Below are positions 58,430 through 64,000 of a stretch of 64,000 bases of DNA, piece after piece. The notes beneath the pieces are model-generated. The model ran no database searches. It was not told where the DNA came from and was given only the letters and a program-made list of their open reading frames with translations. Origin of the DNA: Candidatus Parcubacteria bacterium (GTDB lineage Bacteria > Patescibacteriota > Patescibacteriia > UBA1558 > GWA2-36-10); NCBI GenBank assembly GCA_018664825.1, contig JABJNO010000002.1:14068-78067 (forward strand), in the 5' to 3' direction. A program made the translations under genes and the position numbers. The first letter of the stretch is position 1. The number at the start of each line of letters is the position of its first letter.

Positions 58430-59044
58430 ATGTCATTTTTAGATAATTTAGAGTGGCGAAACGCTACCAAAGAGTTTGATGCTAGCAAGCCTGTTGTTCA
58501 AGAAGATTTGGACAAAATCCTCAATGCCATCAAAATGGCCCCTACTTCTTTTGGGTTACAATCCTGGCACGTCTATGTAGTAGAAGACTTGGAAACCAGA
58601 AAAAAGATGAAAGAGCATTCTTTTGGGCAAGCCCAAGTAGACACTTCTGCCTACCTATTGGTTTTTTGTGCACGGACCGATGCTATAGAAAGAGTAGATA
58701 GTATGATAGACCACTTATCAGGTGGTGATGCTGCCGCCAAAGAAAAAATGAAAGGCATGGAGGATATGCTAAAAGGTTCTATGCAAAAGAAAAGTCCTGA
58801 GGACGTACTTTGTTGGGCAACCAGACAAGCTTATCTAGCACTAGGCTTTGGTATGGCTGCGGCTGCTGAGCTCAAAGTAGATTCTTGTCCAATGGAAGGA
58901 TTTGTAAATCCAGAAATAGACAAAATTTTGAATTTGCCACCTCATATAAAATCTACGGCTTATCTAGCGCTGGGTAATAGACTCAAAGATCCAGAAAAAC
59001 CAAAATTTAGATTTCCAGACAAAGATTTATTTACTCACCTATAA
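58430..59044 (+). CDS. Nitroreductase family protein
   Basis: LEWRNATKEFD...ILNAIKMAPTSFGLQSWH N-terminal nitroreductase pattern. Confidence 0.75.
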   Translation: MSFLDNLEWRNATKEFDASKPVVQEDLDKILNAIKMAPTSFGLQSWHVYVVEDLETRKKMKEHSFGQAQVDTSAYLLVFCARTDAIERVDSMIDHLSGGDAAAKEKMKGMEDMLKGSMQKKSPEDVLCWATRQAYLALGFGMAAAAELKVDSCPMEGFVNPEIDKILNLPPHIKSTAYLALGNRLKDPEKPKFRFPDKDLFTHL

Positions 59045-59049
59045 TAAAA

Positions 59050-59073
59050 AACCTCCCACTTGGGAGGTTTTTT
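59050..59073. terminator. Bidirectional intrinsic terminator
   Basis: Stem acctccca/tgggaggt with A-run upstream and T-run downstream. Confidence 0.75.
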
Positions 59074-59074
59074 A

Positions 59075-59668
59075 TTATTTTAGACTATCAACTACTTTTT
59101 TCGTCTCTTCCAAATTTTTATATATATACGATACTATACCGGTACTGCCAGCCGCTGCTACATTTTCTTCGACATCATCAAAATAAAGTACATCTCTGGC
59201 TTCTAAGTTTTGTTGTTCAAGTAACTTTTGATAAGCCTGAACATCTGGTTTTACAAATCCTGTTTCACAAGAAAAATATGCCCCATCTACACTATCAAAA
59301 ATTTGAGGATAATTGGCTCGATAAAATTCTGTTCTTTCTTTAAAGTTGTTTGAAAGAATAAAAACATTTACCCCTTGCTCCCTAAGCTCTTGTATATAAT
59401 CCAAAAACTCAGTCACCAAATTTTCTCCAGAAAACCATAAGTCAAAAAACTCTTCCCGAGAAACTTTTATTCCCAACTCCACCAATTTTGGCTCCCAAAG
59501 TTTAAAGAAATCTTGGCAGTTTGGCTTTCTGCCAATATGCATCACTTCATCAAAAATTTTATAAAACTTTTCACTGGGTATATTATATTTGTTCTCAAGT
59601 CGTTTGGTAAAATACTCGCCCTCTGACAAAATCACACCATTCAAATCAAGTATCACTGCTTTAACCAT
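59075..59668 (-). CDS. HAD-superfamily hydrolase
   Basis: MVKAVILDLNGVIL (DxD HAD motif I); 197 aa. Confidence 0.7.
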   Translation of the reverse strand: MVKAVILDLNGVILSEGEYFTKRLENKYNIPSEKFYKIFDEVMHIGRKPNCQDFFKLWEPKLVELGIKVSREEFFDLWFSGENLVTEFLDYIQELREQGVNVFILSNNFKERTEFYRANYPQIFDSVDGAYFSCETGFVKPDVQAYQKLLEQQNLEARDVLYFDDVEENVAAAGSTGIVSYIYKNLEETKKVVDSLK

Positions 59669-59793
59669 AATATTTTTTAAAATTAATTACTTTCTTTATT
59701 ATAATCTCCTCAACTACAAAGTCAATTGCTCAAGTTGCGGAAAATAGGGCATTTGATATAATTATACGCAGGTTAATTAGTTAATAAAAAAAG

Positions 59794-61251
59794 ATGAAAA
59801 AAGCAATATTTTGGGTGTTTGTTGTGCTGTTGGCTCTACCAAATGCTGGTCTAGCTGAAAACAATAATCCACCCACAAACTGCGATATAGATAGCTATAT
59901 TGCACCTGTTGTTGAAATTGAACAAATAAATGACCACCTCAGCATGTCTTGGAATCAAATCGACCATGACAATTTGGCTGGATACAAAGTGGTTATTTCA
60001 AAAGATGATTCTACTCCTGTTTATCCAGCTAATGGATATTTGCGTTGGATCACCGATACCAATATCACATCTTATTCAATAAATAATTCTTCTGCATACA
60101 GAAGTGGTGATTTTGGCGGATACTTAGAAAGTGGTGAAGATTATTATTTTTCTGTCACTGCCGTCTATGACTGTGGTGGTACTCGTACTTCTGTAGCGGG
60201 TAATGTCTTAGAATCTGTTTATCCTGGAAATGTCCAAGATGACGAAGATGATACTAACGACGACGACGATGATCATGATACCTCAAATATAGCCCCAGCT
60301 ACTCCTGAAGTAACCATCACTTCATCTGAGAATGGCACTTTGCTTTCTTGGAAAAAAATAGACGACGATAGATTTAATGGTTACAAAGTAGTCGCTTCAA
60401 AATCAAATACAAAACCAAAATATCCAACTGATGGCTATTTGAAATATATCACTGATGATGATGTAACTAGTTATTTGATAAACAACTCCTCTGCTTATCG
60501 CAATGGAGACTTTGGACAATACTTCAAAGAAGGGGAATTATATTATTTTTCTGTCACTGCTTTGTATAGCACTGGGAAAATAGCTGGTAATGCAATATCT
60601 GCCGCGTATGAAGGCCCTGAACATAAAGTAGTAATAAAGCCTGATGTTGATCCATTGATTGAAATGGAAAGAAATGCTGAAAAATTACGTAATAGTAATT
60701 TAGGCGACATCTTGGCTGAGCTACAAGAACTACGTAGTATAATCAAAGAACAACAAAACGAACTTAAATACTTACGTGGCTTGGTAAATGACATAGCTAG
60801 CCTAAACCAAGAAGTGCGAGATAGTTTGAATCAATTTATTACTTACGGAGTTGATGAAAATACCAAGAAACTTGGTGAAGGTGAAAGAGCAGCTGTGATT
60901 CATTCATACAAATCTGCTTTCAATAAACTTCCTGAAACAGACGAAGAATTAACCGATGCCATCAAAATAGCCAATGGTCGCTGGCCAAGTAAAACCAGTG
61001 AAGAGGCTGAACATAGAGCTAAGGTAGAATTCAAAAAGATCTACTTACGCGATGCTGATACAGATCATCCAAATGACAATGCAGCCGTCACAGTCATGGC
61101 TTATGGTTTGAGACAAAAAGCTGAAAACCGAAACCTAGACAGTGAGCGCGAAGGTATCAAAACTTTCAAATATATTTATGGCCATACTCCAGACACAACC
61201 GAAGAATGGAACATAATGCAAGCCGTTACTTATTCTGGAGCTACTCGATAA
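59794..61251 (+). CDS. Secreted protein with two tandem ~115-aa beta-domain repeats separated by a poly-acidic linker, plus a C-terminal helical domain
   Basis: Signal peptide. Repeat core GYKVVxSKxxxxPxYPxxGYLxxITDxxxTSYxINNSSAYRxGDFGxYxxxGExYYFSVTAxY occurs twice, with the linker DDEDDTNDDDDDHD between the copies. Confidence 0.55.
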   Translation: MKKAIFWVFVVLLALPNAGLAENNNPPTNCDIDSYIAPVVEIEQINDHLSMSWNQIDHDNLAGYKVVISKDDSTPVYPANGYLRWITDTNITSYSINNSSAYRSGDFGGYLESGEDYYFSVTAVYDCGGTRTSVAGNVLESVYPGNVQDDEDDTNDDDDDHDTSNIAPATPEVTITSSENGTLLSWKKIDDDRFNGYKVVASKSNTKPKYPTDGYLKYITDDDVTSYLINNSSAYRNGDFGQYFKEGELYYFSVTALYSTGKIAGNAISAAYEGPEHKVVIKPDVDPLIEMERNAEKLRNSNLGDILAELQELRSIIKEQQNELKYLRGLVNDIASLNQEVRDSLNQFITYGVDENTKKLGEGERAAVIHSYKSAFNKLPETDEELTDAIKIANGRWPSKTSEEAEHRAKVEFKKIYLRDADTDHPNDNAAVTVMAYGLRQKAENRNLDSEREGIKTFKYIYGHTPDTTEEWNIMQAVTYSGATR

Positions 61252-61262
61252 TCTACAATCAA

Positions 61263-61289
61263 AAAACCACCCCGAGAGGGGTGGTTTTT
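61263..61289. terminator. Bidirectional intrinsic terminator
   Basis: Perfect 9-bp stem aaccacccc/ggggtggtt, loop gaga, ttttt. Confidence 0.8.
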
Positions 61290-61311
61290 ATTTATCTATA
61301 TAAATATAGAT

Positions 61312-61509
61312 TTAGGCTTTTGCAACTTTTACAGCAGCTTGACCTTTTGGGGTGTCGCTTACTTCAAAAGTAACAGCATCACCTTCTTGTAATTCACTGA
61401 AATCTAAACCTTCTAGTTCATTTGCGTGAAAGAATAAATCTTTGTCAGCACCCTCTGGTGTAATGAAACCGAAGTTTTTGTCAGTCAATTTTTTGATAAT
61501 TCCTTGCAT
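61312..61509 (-). CDS. cspA: Cold-shock protein (CspA family)
   Basis: MQGIIKKLTDKNFGFITPEGADKDLFFH, a canonical cold-shock domain; 65 aa. Confidence 0.85.
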   Translation of the reverse strand: MQGIIKKLTDKNFGFITPEGADKDLFFHANELEGLDFSELQEGDAVTFEVSDTPKGQAAVKVAKA

Positions 61510-61615
61510 ACTAAATGTAGAAATAAAATTGAATTAACATATAGAAGCTTTGAGAATTCGACGTTATTTCTCCACTTACTATACTCATGAACAACCTTGT
61601 TGATTGTTCGAAGCC

Positions 61616-61644
61616 ATAATAGCATGTTTATAACTAAAAGTCAA
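61616..61644 (-). promoter_or_regulatory. Sigma70 promoter for cspA (TTGACT-17-TATTAT), giving an about 100-nt 5' UTR
   Basis: Minus strand: TTGACT at 61644-61639 and TATTAT at 61621-61616. Confidence 0.45.
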
Positions 61645-61685
61645 TACTAAACAAAAAAGAACCTTGCAGATACAAGATTCACTTT

Positions 61686-61760
61686 TGGTGACCCCACGGA
61701 GAATCGAACTCCGGTTGCTAGGATGAAAACCTAGTGTCCTAACCACTAGACGATGGGGCC
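61686..61760 (-). tRNA. tRNA-Glu (anticodon UUC), CCA encoded
   Basis: Minus strand GGCCCCATCGTCTAGTGGTTAGGACACTAGGTTTTCATCCTAGCAACCGGAGTTCGATTCTCCGTGGGGTCACCA folds into a cloverleaf (7-bp acceptor stem, 4-bp D stem, 5-bp anticodon and T stems) with anticodon loop TTTTCAT. Confidence 0.85.
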
Positions 61761-61788
61761 TGGTCGTTCTACAAAATAGAACGTCAAT

Positions 61789-61817
61789 ATAATAACAAAA
61801 AATGGACCCAAAGTCAA
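61789..61817 (-). promoter_or_regulatory. Sigma70 promoter for tRNA-Glu (TTGACT-17-TATTAT)
   Basis: Minus strand: TTGACT at 61817-61812 and TATTAT at 61794-61789; about 20-nt leader to the tRNA 5' end. Confidence 0.45.
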
Positions 61818-61819
61818 GC

Positions 61820-62233
61820 CTAGTCTTTTAACTTCTTGATTATTTTTTCCTCAAAATAATCTCTGTCACCATGTGGTAAAAAGCTTTTATGATGATCAGG
61901 AGCTTTGAATATATCGTCTTCTTTGTGTTGAATACCACACCAATAAGCTTCCGTTTCTGCAAAAATTACCATTGCGTATTTTATCAAACCATTTGAATAG
62001 CCACAATAAACACAATTTATTTTTTGGACATTATCCAAATACTCTAGTCTATGTCTATCTATCTTGATATAAGCTCCTCTTGGCACCAAAGGCAAATCAT
62101 AAAGACGGAAACAGATTTGATGATATATTTCCAAAAATATATCCAAAATCACAATAGGAAAAACCATCAGATACACAAATGGTATCGATGCTATGTGATG
62201 AACTGCCTTTTCAGGAAATTTAAAATAATTCAT
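61820..62233 (-). CDS. Hypothetical small membrane protein with a Cys/His-rich C-terminal domain
   Basis: N-terminal hydrophobic segment, then CVYCGYSNG...YWCGIQH plus several His (HHKSFLPH). Confidence 0.35.
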   Translation of the reverse strand: MNYFKFPEKAVHHIASIPFVYLMVFPIVILDIFLEIYHQICFRLYDLPLVPRGAYIKIDRHRLEYLDNVQKINCVYCGYSNGLIKYAMVIFAETEAYWCGIQHKEDDIFKAPDHHKSFLPHGDRDYFEEKIIKKLKD

Positions 62234-62252
62234 TTTTATATTCTTAATTTTT

Positions 62253-64000
62253 TTATTCTACGGTTACACTTTTTGCCAAATTACGAGGTTTGTCTACATC
62301 CATTCCCTTGGCCTCGGCGATATAATAAGCCAAGAGCTGCAAAGGAATAGAGTTTATTATTGGCGATAGCTCATCCACTGTCTCTGGTACCATTATAACA
62401 TAATCTGTGATTTTCTTTATTTCTTTGTCTCCTTTGTTGACTATCGCTATTATCCTACCCTCTCTAGCTTTGACCTCTTGCATATTACTAATTGTCTTTT
62501 GAGTCAGATTATTTTTGGTGACCACAAAGACAACTGGCATATCTTCATCAATTAGCGCTATTGGTCCGTGCTTTATTTCGGCTGCTGGATACCCCTCGGC
62601 ATGGATATAAGAAATCTCCTTGAGCTTGAGTGCGCCTTCTAAGGCTACTGGGAAATTTACTCCCCTACCAAGATATAAAAAGTTTTTACTATCTTTAAAT
62701 TTGTCAGCAATTTTTTTGATATCCTCTGCACTTTTGAGAGCTTCAGCTATTTTCTTTGGAAGCCTAAACAATTCTTTGATTATTTTCTTATCCACCTTTA
62801 GACCCTTTTCCTGACGAATATGCAAAGCCAATAAAATCAAAGATACCACCTGTGAAGTAAAGGCCTTGGTACTGGCCACACCTATCTCTGGGCCAACGTG
62901 CAGATAAATACCACTCTCTACTTCACGAGTTATGGTAGATCCCACTACATTGACTATTCCTAGAGTCTTGGCATTTTGTTCTTTGGCTTCTCTGAGAGCA
63001 GCTAGTGTATCAGCCGTCTCTCCTGATTGAGAAATTGCGACCAACAAATCATCGCTTTTTATCAATGGCTTACGATAACGAAATTCCGAAGCATAGTCAA
63101 CCTCAGTAGGTATTTGGGCGATCGACTCCAAAATATATTTGCCTATCAATCCAGAATGCCAGCTAGTCCCACAGGCTGTAATCAATACCCTGCTTATGTC
63201 TTTGACATCAAAATTTACCGAAAGCTTTATTCTGTCTTCTTTTATACGCCCGCGCAAAGTATTTGAAATAGCCTCTGGTTGTTCAAAAATTTCTTTAAGC
63301 ATAAAATGCTTAAATCCCTTCTTCTCAATCTGATCTATGGTCCATTTTATTTCTTCTACTTTTTCAGCTACTCTTTTGCCTTCCAAATTTTTTATTTCAT
63401 AGCCGCCCTGACTGATGGTGGCCATCTCATTGTCATTGAGATAGATTACTTTTTTGGTATGTTCTAGAATAGCTGGCACATCACTAGCTACAAACATCTC
63501 ATTTTTACCAATACCTATGATGAGCGGCGAGCCTCGGCGAGCCGCTATGATCTTTTTCTCATTTTTGTGAATCACAGCCAGTCCAAAAGCTCCATCAACA
63601 AGTTGCAGAGCTTCTCTGACAGCAGATTCTAAATCATCTTTATAAAATTTCTCTACAAGGTGGGCAATAATTTCTGAATCTGTATCTGATTCTATCTTGT
63701 GCCCATGTTTTTCCAAAAGTTTTTTTAAAGAACTATAATTTTCTATAATCCCATTGTGGACTATAGCTATCTCTCCTTTACAATCTAGATGCGGATGAGC
63801 ATTTTTTTCATTTGGCTCCCCATGAGTAGCCCAACGAGTATGAGCAATACCAATTGGTCCATCTATATCTTGAGTGGCGATCGTATCTACTAGCTTTTGG
63901 AGCTTGCCCTTTTTCTTGATGGTTTTTAGATCCCCGTTATTAGAAATACAAACCCCCGCACTATCATAGCCGCGGTATTCCAATTTTTGTAATCCATTTA
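62253..64000 (-). CDS. glmS: Glutamine--fructose-6-phosphate aminotransferase (isomerising); the N-terminus extends beyond the window end
   Basis: ...LEYRGYDSAG at the window edge. Two SIS domains. The C-terminus ...DKPRNLAKSVTVE matches the GlmS terminus exactly. Confidence 0.9.
   Translation of the reverse strand, partial: NGLQKLEYRGYDSAGVCISNNGDLKTIKKKGKLQKLVDTIATQDIDGPIGIAHTRWATHGEPNEKNAHPHLDCKGEIAIVHNGIIENYSSLKKLLEKHGHKIESDTDSEIIAHLVEKFYKDDLESAVREALQLVDGAFGLAVIHKNEKKIIAARRGSPLIIGIGKNEMFVASDVPAILEHTKKVIYLNDNEMATISQGGYEIKNLEGKRVAEKVEEIKWTIDQIEKKGFKHFMLKEIFEQPEAISNTLRGRIKEDRIKLSVNFDVKDISRVLITACGTSWHSGLIGKYILESIAQIPTEVDYASEFRYRKPLIKSDDLLVAISQSGETADTLAALREAKEQNAKTLGIVNVVGSTITREVESGIYLHVGPEIGVASTKAFTSQVVSLILLALHIRQEKGLKVDKKIIKELFRLPKKIAEALKSAEDIKKIADKFKDSKNFLYLGRGVNFPVALEGALKLKEISYIHAEGYPAAEIKHGPIALIDEDMPVVFVVTKNNLTQKTISNMQEVKAREGRIIAIVNKGDKEIKKITDYVIMVPETVDELSPIINSIPLQLLAYYIAEAKGMDVDKPRNLAKSVTVE

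Noticed and set aside
1-64000. CRISPR arrays, transposases, integrases and rRNA genes.
   Set aside because: None found. The only sizeable direct repeats are the intragenic rpsA tail repeat and the duplicated domain in the 59794 gene.

Overview
The window is a low-GC (about 32-35%), gene-dense bacterial segment. Its gene content and style fit a reduced-genome organism, possibly a Candidate Phyla Radiation (Patescibacteria-like) bacterium: many short intergenic regions, basic N-terminal tails on nucleic-acid enzymes, an L-lactate dehydrogenase, an orphan substrate-binding protein and an orphan PilB ATPase.

Most of the window is housekeeping:
- DNA repair and replication: uvrA (partial), uvrC, ruvB, gyrA, a UvrD/PcrA helicase.
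- Translation and tRNA modification: trpS, valS, rpsA, tsaD/tsaE, trmB, queA/queH, tRNA-Glu.
- One-carbon metabolism: glyA and folD.
- Others: ftsH, ychF, RNase J, secG, cspA, glmS (partial).

Features that stand out from this background:
1. A divergent gene pair encoding a full-length radical-SAM/GNAT Elp3 homolog and a Trm9/ALKBH8-type methyltransferase. This looks like a eukaryote/archaeon-like mcm5U34 tRNA-modification module in a bacterium.
2. A PolB-type 3'-5' exonuclease fused to a WYL-like domain, directly downstream of and co-oriented with the UvrD/PcrA helicase.
3. Four single-gene, GC-elevated cassettes (a Fic protein, an excisionase-type HTH protein, an unknown 317-aa protein, and a NYN/PIN nuclease). 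Each sits behind a near-consensus sigma70 promoter, and three of the four are followed by a strong intrinsic terminator. This suggests horizontally acquired accessory genes.
4. A candidate Val-specific T-box leader upstream of valS.
5. A class-II aaRS catalytic-core-only protein (AsnA-like), preceded by a promoter, a leader and a terminator.
6. A cell-surface glycan cluster: two GT2 polyprenyl-P sugar synthases, two GT-C transferases, a UDP-GlcNAc 2-epimerase and a pyruvyl transferase.
7. Two large secreted repeat proteins.

No CRISPR array, transposase, integrase or rRNA was seen. All domain assignments come from reading motifs in the translated ORFs and should be confirmed by profile searches.
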